This document shows, piece by piece, positions 9,684-19,392 of a stretch of 64,000 nucleotides of DNA. The notes beneath the pieces were generated by a model that was not told where the DNA came from, did no database searches, and was given only the letters and a program-made list of their open reading frames with translations. The DNA is from a virus (taxonomy: Duplodnaviria; Caudoviricetes): positions 22,733 through 86,732 of IMG/VR virus record IMGVR_UViG_3300037512_001142; one strand, 5' to 3'. Both the position numbers and the translations under genes were made by a program. Numbering within the stretch: the stretch's first letter is position 1; every line of letters begins with the position of its first letter.

Positions 9684-10532
9684 TGCGTATTCCTGGTTGA
9701 AGAACTTAATACCATGGTCACGAATAACCTTCTTTCTGAATGTTTCATCACGACCGTCGATTTCATTCCAGGCAATCTTAGCCGGAACGAACGTATTGAT
9801 ACCAGCGAGAGCGCTTTGCCAAATCTTATAGAACTGGTTCATTCCCTTAGGTGTCGAGATAAGAATCAACATACTGGTCTTACGAGAAGCCTGGGTCGGA
9901 ATAACCGACATCATAAAATCGTCAGCATCCTGTTCCGGCAAGTGCGCAAATTCGTCCACTAGCATAAGGTCAACGGATTTACCACGAATAGCGGAAGAAG
10001 AACTAGCAGCACAGAAAATCTTACAACCGTTATCGAAACCGATTGATTTCTGTGACCAGCCACCACGGTCCGGATTGATACCTTGTTGCAGCCACATAGG
10101 AAGTCTCAGAACTGCAGCACGAATACGGAGCATAATTTCAATAGCCTGCGATTCCTTGTTAGCCAGAACTGCAATAGTCTTGTCCTTGTGGAACAGTGCA
10201 TACCAAAGAATATAAAGTGTAGCGATCGTAGTCTTGCCAGCCTGACGACCAACCGTAATAATTCTGTTATTTCTTAGAACCTTTTCGCCCTTGGAATCGG
10301 TCATAACCGTTCCGTCATCGTTTCTCATGAAATAGGTTCCGCAAATTACCTTGATGAGACGTTCCTGATATTCTCTCAATTTAATAGGCAATTCGCCATC
10401 TTCTGTCAAAATGTAAAAGTAATTGGCAAAGTGGAAAATATCCTTTGAGCACTTCTCGTATTCCGCCCATTGTTCTGGAGTCATTTCCACATTTTCGTTG
10501 TGGCCTCTTAGTGTATCGGTTCCTTGGAACAT
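9573..10532 (-). CDS. terL: large terminase, N-terminal ATPase half only, fused to a split-intein N-fragment
   Basis: Walker A VGRQAGKT, Walker B LMLVDEFAH, motif III ISTPKG and LREYQ are present. The reading frame stops 36 aa after QEYA; the nuclease domain is absent. Confidence 0.92.
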   Translation of the reverse strand: MFQGTDTLRGHNENVEMTPEQWAEYEKCSKDIFHFANYFYILTEDGELPIKLREYQERLIKVICGTYFMRNDDGTVMTDSKGEKVLRNNRIITVGRQAGKTTIATLYILWYALFHKDKTIAVLANKESQAIEIMLRIRAAVLRLPMWLQQGINPDRGGWSQKSIGFDNGCKIFCAASSSSAIRGKSVDLMLVDEFAHLPEQDADDFMMSVIPTQASRKTSMLILISTPKGMNQFYKIWQSALAGINTFVPAKIAWNEIDGRDETFRKKVIRDHGIKFFNQEYACLDPNEEITVQDEATGIVLTDKIGKIYELWQDGFLK

Positions 10533-10582
10533 AGTTTACCCCTTCATAGCTTATATCTTATTTATGTCTGAATAATTGCAAA

Positions 10583-10609
10583 AATAAGGGCCTCTGGGAC
10601 CCTTATTTG
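10583..10609 (-). terminator. rho-independent terminator after the protease gene
   Basis: AATAAGGG-CCTCTGGGA-CCCTTATT inverted repeat with flanking A/T runs. Confidence 0.65.
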
Positions 10610-10627
10610 TTTGCCTAATATCTTTTA

Positions 10628-11311
10628 TTAGAATGTCTGAATGAACTCTTTAAATGCGTCCAGAATGGCCTTAGAACCCTTCTTATCGACTTCCTTATTG
10701 AAAGCCTTCTGGCCAGCGATAATACGTTCACGCTGTTCAATGAAAAGTCCGGTATTTTCGTTAAGAACCCACTTGGAAACATACTGTACGGATTCATACA
10801 TAGCGTCAGTATAAGCGACCTGGGCAGATGGCATGTAAACCGAGTCGATTGTGACAAGGTTATAGTCGTCAGCGACCATGTTGCCTTCGGTCAAATTACC
10901 GGTACCACGAGACGAAACACCCATACGAACACCGTCGAGCAAGAGAGATTCGAGGAGCTTGCCGTTAGGAGTATGCAAAACCTTTGCCTTACCCATAGCG
11001 AGATTACCGTCCATGTGAAGATCAGTAATCATGATTGCTGCTTCACGAGGGTTGATTTCGATTGTTTCAGGGTGATTGAGTTCGCCAAGAGCTTCACGTG
11101 ATTCGATGAGCTTCTGGAATTTATTAACTTCACGTTCAATAATTGCCTTAGAATAAGTACGACCATTACGGTTTACTTCTTCAGCCATCATGAACGGACC
11201 ACTGATATACATGGTCTTCATGTTGTTGCCAGCATCTTCAAGCATAGATTTTGCTTCAGCGCAGGCTTCTTCGCACAATAGCTTTTTTGCTTCCATAATT
11301 AAAATCTCCAA
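10628..11311 (-). CDS. gp21: prohead core protease
   Basis: YISGPFMMAEEVNRNGRTY, ALGELNHP, GVSSRGTG and DSVYMPSAQVAY are canonical T4 gp21 (peptidase S77) motifs. Confidence 0.95.
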   Translation of the reverse strand: MEILIMEAKKLLCEEACAEAKSMLEDAGNNMKTMYISGPFMMAEEVNRNGRTYSKAIIEREVNKFQKLIESREALGELNHPETIEINPREAAIMITDLHMDGNLAMGKAKVLHTPNGKLLESLLLDGVRMGVSSRGTGNLTEGNMVADDYNLVTIDSVYMPSAQVAYTDAMYESVQYVSKWVLNENTGLFIEQRERIIAGQKAFNKEVDKKGSKAILDAFKEFIQTF

Positions 11312-11411
11312 TGTTGTTTACTATATTTATAGAATTTTTACAATTTTTCTGGAGATTTAATTTCAGCTTTGCCTTATAAATAATATATAAAATCATAAAA
11401 AGGGATTTAAA

Positions 11412-12677
11412 ATGGAACATTTATTCAAAACTGACGATTCTAATATCGCATTTAGTCAGGATGAAGCTTTCGATAACATCATGGAAGCGATGTCACATGA
11501 ACCCAACTGGGTCAAGGTGATGAAGTGGGCTGTAAGTATTCATTTCAACAGCCCGCATACCAATGATGGCCAGCTGATTCCTTCTCACATTGGTAACTAT
11601 TTCTCGACAATTCGTTTCAAGAGCTGGAATAGCAATAATAATCCTGCTCAAGGTCAACGTCCGACACAGCTCGCGCTTTATTATGAAGGTCGCTTGAAAT
11701 CTGAAATTGTTCATGGTTCTACCACGATTACTGATATTCGCCCATTCACTATCATGTATGCTATTGATGGTAAGGACGAAATCAATGCGGTAATCAAGGA
11801 TAATAAGGCATTCCTTAAGGCTTTGGAAACCGGTACTCCGAATTTCTCCAAGATGGCTCCTGAACTTCATAGCCTTGCTCAAAACTGTGTTCGCTACGCT
11901 ATGGTTTACTGGAAGAATGACGCTCATGACGCTCTTATCGTTAAGGGTTCTCAACTTGAACGTTTCGGTGAAATCTTGAAGGACAGTACACTTGCTCCGA
12001 CTTCTGTTCTTCGTGACGGTTCTAAGAAGGGCGGTGTTGGTACTGGTAAGTATATCACCCCGCAAGGTTATGTATTCACTGTTCCTGCTGACAAGGTAAA
12101 GGTTGCTAATGAATTCATCAGCCAGTGTAACTGGTACGGCGGTGTCGAAACTGAAGTTACCGATGAAAACGGTCATACTTCCAAGAAGAAGATTGGTTGG
12201 GGCACGAGTACAGAATTTCCGACAAAGACTCTCGAAGATGGTTCCATGCTTTGCGGTGTAAGTAGCCATAACGAATTCGCTAATGTCATAATTAACAAGC
12301 TCCTGGATATGGGTGTAATTGAAAATGACAAGGTTGATAAGGTAAGTCTCTTGACCGACGGTGGTCGTCAGAAGGCTGGCGGTATGAATGCCATTATCAA
12401 CAAGATTGCAAACGGTGATTCTCCAGATGCTGCCTCTTCTAGATCCAGCAAGAAACCGCCTGTTACGCTCGCTTTCGATACTGAATCCTTCGGTATCGGT
12501 GCCAAGCTCACCAATGCAATGGTACGTAAAGCTACTCTCTCCAATTCTCGTTCTACTGCTGATATTTCTATTGACGATGACGCAGAATCGGTTACGATTA
12601 CCGGTATGGCTGAAAAGGATGTCGCTAAGATTATCGCGTTCCTTGACGCTAAGGGAATCAAGTACAGCAAGATGTAA
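11412..12677 (+). CDS. hypothetical protein
   Basis: 421-aa ORF with an upstream TATAAATA, an AAGGGA SD-like sequence and a downstream terminator. Confidence 0.7.
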   Translation: MEHLFKTDDSNIAFSQDEAFDNIMEAMSHEPNWVKVMKWAVSIHFNSPHTNDGQLIPSHIGNYFSTIRFKSWNSNNNPAQGQRPTQLALYYEGRLKSEIVHGSTTITDIRPFTIMYAIDGKDEINAVIKDNKAFLKALETGTPNFSKMAPELHSLAQNCVRYAMVYWKNDAHDALIVKGSQLERFGEILKDSTLAPTSVLRDGSKKGGVGTGKYITPQGYVFTVPADKVKVANEFISQCNWYGGVETEVTDENGHTSKKKIGWGTSTEFPTKTLEDGSMLCGVSSHNEFANVIINKLLDMGVIENDKVDKVSLLTDGGRQKAGGMNAIINKIANGDSPDAASSRSSKKPPVTLAFDTESFGIGAKLTNAMVRKATLSNSRSTADISIDDDAESVTITGMAEKDVAKIIAFLDAKGIKYSKM

Positions 12678-12693
12678 TCTTGTTCAATAATTT

Positions 12694-12724
12694 AAAAAAC
12701 CAGGTGAATAACCTGGTTTTTTAT
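12694..12724. terminator. bidirectional terminator
   Basis: AAAAAACCAGGT-GAATA-ACCTGGTTTTTT between convergent genes. Confidence 0.8.
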
Positions 12725-12725
12725 T

Positions 12726-14414
12726 TTATGCAATCTTGTAGTATTTGGGGAAGAAATTCATCTCGCCAAAGTTTTCTTTCTTTCCAGCATATATCGTATA
12801 AAGAATATACTCGTCTATTGCCTTATTGACATCAGTATAATTTTTCATTAGGCAATATCTACGCATATTATCTAACCATTCCATATACAGCTTACCGATA
12901 GCATGTCGTTTAATTAATTCCTTATCTTGTTTATTTTTTACCGGAGCTTCTGCTGCGTCTCTAAATGCACTAATATCTTTGGTTTTCATCAAATCTTCAA
13001 AACCCTTCGGCCATCTAAATTCGCTTTCATCATAATTAAAAATACCCGTACCATTTAAATAATAGTTTAACGTATCGTATGCTTTTCCAAGCATAGTCTG
13101 CGTATTTTCTTTTTTATTAAAAGATTCTACTGCAATATCAGCATTTACAAATTTATTTTCTTTACCAAATGAAACTTGTTTTCCACCATAATAATCCGCT
13201 TCAATACTTGCGCCGGAATCATTATTGAATGTAGTGAATTTAAGTCTGATAATATTATTTTTCCCGTTCTCGATAACATTTACATAAATGTAAATATTAC
13301 CCATGGTAACTTCCCACTTCTTATTCCTTATGACAATATTATTTGTTTTATTTTCATTTGAAACATGTGTATAAGATTTAACAGTGTCCCATTTAGAAGA
13401 ATTGAGCTTTAATGAAATAAGTCTTAATTTATTCTGTTCTGTCTTTTTATCCAACCATTCTCTATAATCAGAAAGAGAATTAAATTCAGTTCTCGAAAGT
13501 TCATTCTTTAGATTGTTGTCATAAACTACAATATCAGCCGGACACCAAGAATTTATATTCTTAAATTTTCTATCTTCTTTTTTATTTGTCGCATTAAATT
13601 TAGCTCTAATTACAGGGCCAATACCGTTTTCAGAAATACGTTGTCCTTCTTCCACGGACATATCCGACATGTGCATACTCAATGCGTCCAACTTATTAAA
13701 TACTTTTGCACCGCCAGATACACATTTAGAAACTGCACCATAAAGATTATCACAATACCATTCAAGCAAATCATAGATTCGTTGCTTATTATTGTATAAT
13801 GAAAAATGAAAACGATTATCAAGATTATTCAGGAATCGCAAATCGATTTCATCAAAATCATTAGGCATCATATAAGCCGTAAAAAGTCCAACTGCCTGAC
13901 CTGCTTCCTGTGTTGCGGTACCTACTGAACGCATTGAGGCGGCGATTCCATGTCCACGCAAATACCATGGAGCGGTAGAATACAAAGTTTTACCGTTAAC
14001 TTTCAACATGTATAACTGTGTATCATGCAATCCTTTTTCTTTTACTGGATTTACAATCTTTAAAGCATTGGCATGCAAGAATTCCAACACACTTTCTTCG
14101 CACAGTTCAATATGACATCCTTGTGGGCCAATATACTGCTTTACCGTTTTCATATTATAACGATGGTTCGTAAATCCTGTTCCAACAGTATTATGTGTTG
14201 CTGTAAATTCAACTACTGTAAACTTTCCCAAGTTTACTGTTTTCTTAAGACGTTCAAAACCGTCCGCTCTACTTGCTTTACGTTCACCTGGGTAATAAAC
14301 TTTAATTTCAGCATATTCCAATCCAGAAAATGCGTCTTTAATTTCTTCTTTTGATGATACTTTTATACTAGGATCTGTATTCTCGTAAATGTTTCTAAAA
14401 TCGCCTAATGCCAT
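12726..14414 (-). CDS. hypothetical protein with a possible PD-(D/E)xK nuclease core
   Basis: NSWCPADIVVYD...RLISLKLN resembles the W.PADI...ISLK nuclease-like motif of T4-like phage proteins. AT-rich relative to the structural genes. Confidence 0.45.
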   Translation of the reverse strand: MALGDFRNIYENTDPSIKVSSKEEIKDAFSGLEYAEIKVYYPGERKASRADGFERLKKTVNLGKFTVVEFTATHNTVGTGFTNHRYNMKTVKQYIGPQGCHIELCEESVLEFLHANALKIVNPVKEKGLHDTQLYMLKVNGKTLYSTAPWYLRGHGIAASMRSVGTATQEAGQAVGLFTAYMMPNDFDEIDLRFLNNLDNRFHFSLYNNKQRIYDLLEWYCDNLYGAVSKCVSGGAKVFNKLDALSMHMSDMSVEEGQRISENGIGPVIRAKFNATNKKEDRKFKNINSWCPADIVVYDNNLKNELSRTEFNSLSDYREWLDKKTEQNKLRLISLKLNSSKWDTVKSYTHVSNENKTNNIVIRNKKWEVTMGNIYIYVNVIENGKNNIIRLKFTTFNNDSGASIEADYYGGKQVSFGKENKFVNADIAVESFNKKENTQTMLGKAYDTLNYYLNGTGIFNYDESEFRWPKGFEDLMKTKDISAFRDAAEAPVKNKQDKELIKRHAIGKLYMEWLDNMRRYCLMKNYTDVNKAIDEYILYTIYAGKKENFGEMNFFPKYYKIA

Positions 14415-14418
14415 AAAA

Positions 14419-14430
14419 TATTTATAAATA
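14419..14430. promoter_or_regulatory. back-to-back late promoters TATTTATAAATA
   Basis: Palindromic double TATAAATA between divergent genes 14414(-) and 14465(+). Confidence 0.85.
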
Positions 14431-14464
14431 ATATAAATACAATAAAAGGTTTAAGGAGATTTTT

Positions 14465-14935
14465 ATGAACTTATTTGAAGCTAAACAAATTGCGGAAAGC
14501 CACGGTTTTACAGTTAGCAAGTCAAAGAAGGGCGGCGATGACAAGGTTCCGCCTTGGGCTAAACTCGATGAAGGCAAGAAGGGTGGTGACAATGTTCCGC
14601 CTTGGGCTAAGCTCGAAGAAGCTAAGGCTATTGCTGAAGAAGCCGGTTATAAAGTAATCAAGGAAGGTTTCGGAACTGCTGAAGGTACACTCTTCACAAG
14701 CATTTGCGAAAAGTATATCAACAACGCATATTTCGTTACTCTTGCTGCTCAGGTTGGTCTCAAGGCTGCTATCGCTGAATTCCTTGAAGAAGTTCGCGAA
14801 TGCATCGGTAAGGGCGTCAGTGCTGAATACTACAACAAGTTTGCTCTTCGTATGAAGGCTTGCAAGTCTGAATCTAAGGCATTGTTCACTATCACTAATG
14901 CAATGTTCGCTGGTCAGGGAATGGCTCTCCACTAA
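14465..14935 (+). CDS. small late protein with internal tandem repeat, putative head-internal protein
   Basis: AAGGAG SD; repeat KKGGD[D/-][K/N]VPPWAKL[D/E]E x2; several [L/I]-x-E sites. Confidence 0.7.
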   Translation: MNLFEAKQIAESHGFTVSKSKKGGDDKVPPWAKLDEGKKGGDNVPPWAKLEEAKAIAEEAGYKVIKEGFGTAEGTLFTSICEKYINNAYFVTLAAQVGLKAAIAEFLEEVRECIGKGVSAEYYNKFALRMKACKSESKALFTITNAMFAGQGMALH

Positions 14936-14998
14936 TCGAATAGCACAATAAAAAATTTAAACCAGGCCCCTAGGTCTGGTTTTTTTCATAAATACTAA

Positions 14999-15283
14999 AT
15001 GGACGAAGTAATAAAAATGCTCAAAGCCCGCAGGATTTACTTCAATCCTATGTCTGACCATATGTGTTATTTCGGAATGGATGAAAACTTTATTGTCGGA
15101 ACATTCTCTTTCTATGGCTCAGAACCATTATGTAGGTTCTCATATCAAGATGGTGACATTAAATACTTCAAAAACTTCAAATACAATGAAGCGGAATTCG
15201 ATGAAGAACTAGAAAAAGCCGGAAAAGCATATATTCATTTTAAAAATGCTGAAGTCGAAAATATACTTTCTGTATTAGATTAA
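14999..15283 (+). CDS. hypothetical protein
   Basis: 94-aa ORF; CATAAATA 4 nt before the ATG; followed by a terminator. Confidence 0.6.
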   Translation: MDEVIKMLKARRIYFNPMSDHMCYFGMDENFIVGTFSFYGSEPLCRFSYQDGDIKYFKNFKYNEAEFDEELEKAGKAYIHFKNAEVENILSVLD

Positions 15284-15310
15284 AAAGAGGTCCCAAAGGA
15301 ACCTCTTTTT
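15283..15310. terminator. bidirectional terminator
   Basis: AAAAAGAGGT-CCCAAAGGA-ACCTCTTTTT. Confidence 0.75.
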
Positions 15311-15336
15311 AAATTTTGTTTATCAATCAGTTACGA

Positions 15337-15681
15337 TTACTTCTTGAAAGGACCGTCAACTGTATCGTCAGCGATAGCGGTTGCATAATCCGGGCTGAAT
15401 ACTGCGGAAGCATCCGGAGCGGCAGAGAATGCAGAAGCCTCAAGAGTTTCGTTCGGAGTCCAAGCAGACTGCGGAAGAACGTTCAAGATACGCTTGTTGA
15501 GAGCATCCTTACCACCGGAAAGTTCGTAAGCCGGCTTCTGAGTGTAATGGTAGAGACCATCAGAGTAAGCCTTGCCGTAGAATTCCTTATCCTTAACCTT
15601 GTCATCAGTATCGAGGAAGTAAGCAGAAACTTCCTGGTTGTAATCGTTACCGAGATTGTACAAATCATTTCTACGTTTCAT
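15337..15681 (-). CDS. small late protein downstream of the capsid gene, possibly capsid-associated
   Basis: Own TATAAATA and AAGGAG SD; codon usage like the highly expressed structural genes. Function is inferred from position only. Confidence 0.55.
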   Translation of the reverse strand: MKRRNDLYNLGNDYNQEVSAYFLDTDDKVKDKEFYGKAYSDGLYHYTQKPAYELSGGKDALNKRILNVLPQSAWTPNETLEASAFSAAPDASAVFSPDYATAIADDTVDGPFKK

Positions 15682-15784
15682 AATATATCTCCTTAATTTT
15701 TCCTATGTGAAGATTAATTCCTTCACACCTATTTTATTTATAGAATTTTTCCGGAAGAACTTGTTAAGAAATATAAGAAATAAT

Positions 15785-15815
15785 AAAAAATGCAGGTTTT
15801 TACGCCTGCATTTTT
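15785..15815. terminator. terminator after the major capsid gene
   Basis: AAAAAATGCAGG-TTTTTACG-CCTGCATTTTT. Confidence 0.75.
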
Positions 15816-15843
15816 AAATGTTATTTCATTTTGACCGAATCTA

Positions 15844-17166
15844 TTACCAAACGAGGTCAGCTTCAGAGGATTCAGCGAAGAGTCCGTTGAACTTGAGCAA
15901 GCGGTAGTAGTTTTCAGCACCGAGCATGTTGTGAGCAAAGCCATAACGGCTCATGATACCAACACGAGGGCTGAAGTCATTCGGGTCAATAGCCTGGTTG
16001 ACAACACCGGTTACGTACGGACAGAAGATAACACCAGCATCATAGAGGCTAGAGCCCTTGAATGCGAGGAGAACTTCACCGTTGTCGTGTTCACCGAATT
16101 CATCAACAGCGTACTGGTCACAGAAGACCTTTACAACACCGTTAAGGGTACCCATTTCCGGAGTAACAGCAGAACCGTTAACTTCGTGAGCAACCTTGGT
16201 GAACCATGGGTTAGCGCACTGAAGAACAGTAGCAACGTCCGGGGAAACAACTGCAATGTTAGCAGCGCCACGACGAGTAGCGGTACGGATGTCGTTTACA
16301 CCCTTCATGATGTGGGTGATGATCATACCGAAACGTTCCTGAGAGTTGCGGCCAATGAAGGCGTCGTTATTGGCGAGAGTTGTATTAGCCTTGTTGAACA
16401 CGCGAGGTGTGCAAAGAGCCTTACAACGACCGATAGTTTCACGGTCCATTTCAGCGGTCATTTCAGCCTGAAGGACGTTAATCATTTCAGTCATCATTTC
16501 GATACCCTGCATAGCCTTAATATCGGCAGCAGATTCGAGAGAGAAGGAAGCAGCGAGCTTACGGCTCTTAGCAACGATGGACTGGCGGCTGAGCATAAGG
16601 CCGATTTCCGGCATCTTACGGCTTACAGACGGGTCATCAGAACCAAAAGTCGGGCCAGTAATCTTCCAACCTTCAGCGGACTGAGTGTCAACGCCGGTAC
16701 CAGCGTCCCATTCACCAGACTGGTTAGCGGTAGAACCGGTATAACCAGAGAAGCGAGGAACAGCCTTCCATGCGGCTTCAACGAGTTCGTTCGGGTTATT
16801 TGTCTTATAGATGTAACGGAGTGCGAAGGCAAGGCCAACAGGACCAGTCAACGGCTGAACACCAACGAGAACGTTAGCGAAGAGCTGCGGGAACACACGA
16901 CGAACGAGCGCGAGAGAAATCGGAGCGAAAACGCCCTTAGCGTCGCCACCGTGCGGAATGCCCTGGTCGAGACCAAGCGGAGCACCTACACCCTGGGTGA
17001 AATCTTCAGTGAGAAGTTCTGCACCGAGATTCTTAGTCTTCTGGTTTTCAAGAAGACGTGCGGTATTATAACGTACAAGGGAGTCCTTGATACCAGCAAC
17101 GGAAAGTCCGCCCGGTGCCTTGGCCCAAGTATCTACCATAGTAGCTTGTGATTGTGTAACTTTCAT
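15844..17166 (-). CDS. gp23: major capsid protein
   Basis: ISLALVRRVFPQLFA...VGVQPLTGPVGLAFALRY, SRKLAASFSLESAADIKAMQG and FCPYV...DPNDFSPRVGIMSRYG are gp23 motifs; strong AGGAG SD. Confidence 0.97.
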   Translation of the reverse strand: MKVTQSQATMVDTWAKAPGGLSVAGIKDSLVRYNTARLLENQKTKNLGAELLTEDFTQGVGAPLGLDQGIPHGGDAKGVFAPISLALVRRVFPQLFANVLVGVQPLTGPVGLAFALRYIYKTNNPNELVEAAWKAVPRFSGYTGSTANQSGEWDAGTGVDTQSAEGWKITGPTFGSDDPSVSRKMPEIGLMLSRQSIVAKSRKLAASFSLESAADIKAMQGIEMMTEMINVLQAEMTAEMDRETIGRCKALCTPRVFNKANTTLANNDAFIGRNSQERFGMIITHIMKGVNDIRTATRRGAANIAVVSPDVATVLQCANPWFTKVAHEVNGSAVTPEMGTLNGVVKVFCDQYAVDEFGEHDNGEVLLAFKGSSLYDAGVIFCPYVTGVVNQAIDPNDFSPRVGIMSRYGFAHNMLGAENYYRLLKFNGLFAESSEADLVW

Positions 17167-17231
17167 TTATTGTTTCTCCTATAAAAATCGTTTATACTTT
17201 ATTTATATGAATTTTTTTGGAATTCTCGTAA

Positions 17232-18203
17232 TTAGCAAAACTGGGACGCCCTGTATGCTGTAGAATCAACATCAGGTTCCTGTTTTCTAAAACGTTCAGT
17301 TAAAGTTTCAGCAGTAGTGTCTTCGACAAAGCGAGACTTGCGGACCGGGCGTTCACGCTGCTCAAAGAGCTTTGCACGTTCACGACGAACCGTTTCATAA
17401 TTTTCTGTTTGTTCTTGAACCATCTCGATATAAGGATCAATGTCGCGCTTGGTTTCATTGAGGCTCTTGTCCTTGAAGAACTTCTTAACCTTTGCACGTT
17501 CTGCGACGCTCAAGCTAGCTGTCTTTTCAGCGATAAGAGACTTCTTACCGGAAATTTCAACAAGTTCAGCAAGACGCATATTTTCGGAAACCTGCTTCTT
17601 CAAAGATTCTTCGAGTTCGGCGTTAGTAGCCTTCATGTCACGAATCTTCTTGGAACCAGAGAGATCCATCGGAACATATTCTTCTTCAAAGAGGCGCTTG
17701 ATGCCATCGATGATAGGAGCATAGGTTTCGGTCATGGCCTGCTTCTTGATGAGGCTTGGGTCAATCTTTTCATTGATATTATATTCGAGGTACTTGTCAA
17801 GGCCAGTAATAACCTTTTCTTCGAGTGCTTCAAGCTCTTCGCCGTACTTTTCCTTGAATTTCTTTTCAAAATATTCAAAGATATACTGTTCGGAGGCGTC
17901 TTCGAGCTTCTTCTTATAGGCTTCAACCTTTTCATTGGCTTCCTTTTCGAGAAGAGCTTTCTGTTCCGCACACCAAGTATTAGCCATTTCTTCTACCTTA
18001 GCGGCATTCTGTTCTTTGGCTTCTTTGATTTTTGTCTGAGAAAATTCGTCGGCTTTCTTAGCGAGATCCTGGGCAATCTTTTCTGTCTGCGCTTTCACCT
18101 TTTCATCAACCGCGGCCTCAAAAATCTGTTTGATTTCATTAAGGTCTTCGGCTGAACATACGCCTGAAAGCTTAGTTAGAAATTTTTCCATTGAATCCTC
18201 CAA
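17232..18203 (-). CDS. gp22: prohead core scaffold protein
   Basis: IKQIFEAAVDEKV, a long E/K-rich helical sequence and LDKYLEY; lies immediately upstream of gp23. Confidence 0.85.
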   Translation of the reverse strand: MEDSMEKFLTKLSGVCSAEDLNEIKQIFEAAVDEKVKAQTEKIAQDLAKKADEFSQTKIKEAKEQNAAKVEEMANTWCAEQKALLEKEANEKVEAYKKKLEDASEQYIFEYFEKKFKEKYGEELEALEEKVITGLDKYLEYNINEKIDPSLIKKQAMTETYAPIIDGIKRLFEEEYVPMDLSGSKKIRDMKATNAELEESLKKQVSENMRLAELVEISGKKSLIAEKTASLSVAERAKVKKFFKDKSLNETKRDIDPYIEMVQEQTENYETVRRERAKLFEQRERPVRKSRFVEDTTAETLTERFRKQEPDVDSTAYRASQFC

Positions 18204-18336
18204 TATATTTAGTTTTTTAAAAACTTCTATCGTTTTTATATTTTATTTATACTTGAAAAATTGGAAAATTCGCCAAAAGACAAAAGGACCACATGATTAA
18301 TGGTCCTTATTAATCTTAACTTTTTGAATATTTTGG

Positions 18337-19392
18337 TTATTCTTCGTCGAATGTCATTCCGGCAAGCTCTGTCTGGGCATATTTTACCAGATCTTCAAGC
18401 GGAACTTCGAAATAATCAGCCTCTTCACTATTAGTATTCTCATCATAATTGATAATCATATTGTAAAGAACTTGGTCATTTCCTGATTTTGCCGTGAATA
18501 TATTATATAAGTCATAAGGCGAAATAATGAAATTCTCGACATTTCTGTCCATAAAGTCCAAAGCTTCGTCAATCGACTTACCTTCCAGGGCAACATTCTT
18601 GGTCAAAAGGGCAAAATCCTGTACGAACTCGGTATTTACCTGCTGTTCGAATGGAATTCTCTCAGAATCTTCCTCATCCCCAGTCACCAAGCTGGATGGA
18701 ACGCCATTTTCCAGATAATCCTTAAGGGTTTCGACGTCATTTTCAGAAATCGCATAGGAAATCGGGTAGTCTGGTGTAGCCCATTGGCCATCGGCAGAGT
18801 TCGGATTCTTCAAAATATCGCCTGAACGGTGCAAATCACGCAACTTAACGAAATTTGGATTCTTCATCTGACTATTATATGTCTTCATGACATCTTCCGT
18901 ATATTTGTCATTCTCACGTCGCATGGCTGCAGCTTCAGGATCGGTGTCCATTTCTTCCGCTTCTGAATTTTCAAAGAACTTAATCAGTTCATCGGCCGCA
19001 TCGATAGGGTCTGTCTTTCCACCATTATAGAACGGAGCAATCTCGTCACGGTTCTTATTATAATAGTCATAGACTTCCTTGCTTCCCTGCAAATCCAAAG
19101 CGTCAAGGACGTTATCGATAAAAGTATCGATGTCAGAACCTACAGATTCACGGATTCCATGAAGTCCAACCTTTTCACGCCCAAAGTTTCGAGTAAGCTC
19201 GAATTTGATACACTGTGCGGCGTAATCGGTATCGACTTCATCATAATAGTCAGTAATAATATCAAGAATCTTACCGATATACTTCTCAGTATCAACGCCA
19301 AGTCGCTTTAACTGCTTAAGGACAGCGGTAGCGTACTTTTCAAACTTAGTCTTGAATAGTGCCGGTGTTTGGAATAATTTATGCTCGTTCAT
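18337..19392 (-). CDS. acidic hypothetical late protein
   Basis: 351-aa ORF; TATAAATA 4 nt before the ATG; terminator downstream at about 18282-18308. Confidence 0.65.
   Translation of the reverse strand: MNEHKLFQTPALFKTKFEKYATAVLKQLKRLGVDTEKYIGKILDIITDYYDEVDTDYAAQCIKFELTRNFGREKVGLHGIRESVGSDIDTFIDNVLDALDLQGSKEVYDYYNKNRDEIAPFYNGGKTDPIDAADELIKFFENSEAEEMDTDPEAAAMRRENDKYTEDVMKTYNSQMKNPNFVKLRDLHRSGDILKNPNSADGQWATPDYPISYAISENDVETLKDYLENGVPSSLVTGDEEDSERIPFEQQVNTEFVQDFALLTKNVALEGKSIDEALDFMDRNVENFIISPYDLYNIFTAKSGNDQVLYNMIINYDENTNSEEADYFEVPLEDLVKYAQTELAGMTFDEE

Noticed and set aside
15931-17151. 406-aa antisense ORF over the capsid gene, and similar long shadow ORFs (20249-22780, 27138-28253, 3958-5256)
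   Set aside because: They lie exactly opposite well-supported genes with strong codon bias, which suppresses antisense stops; they have no SD or promoter and show no motifs.
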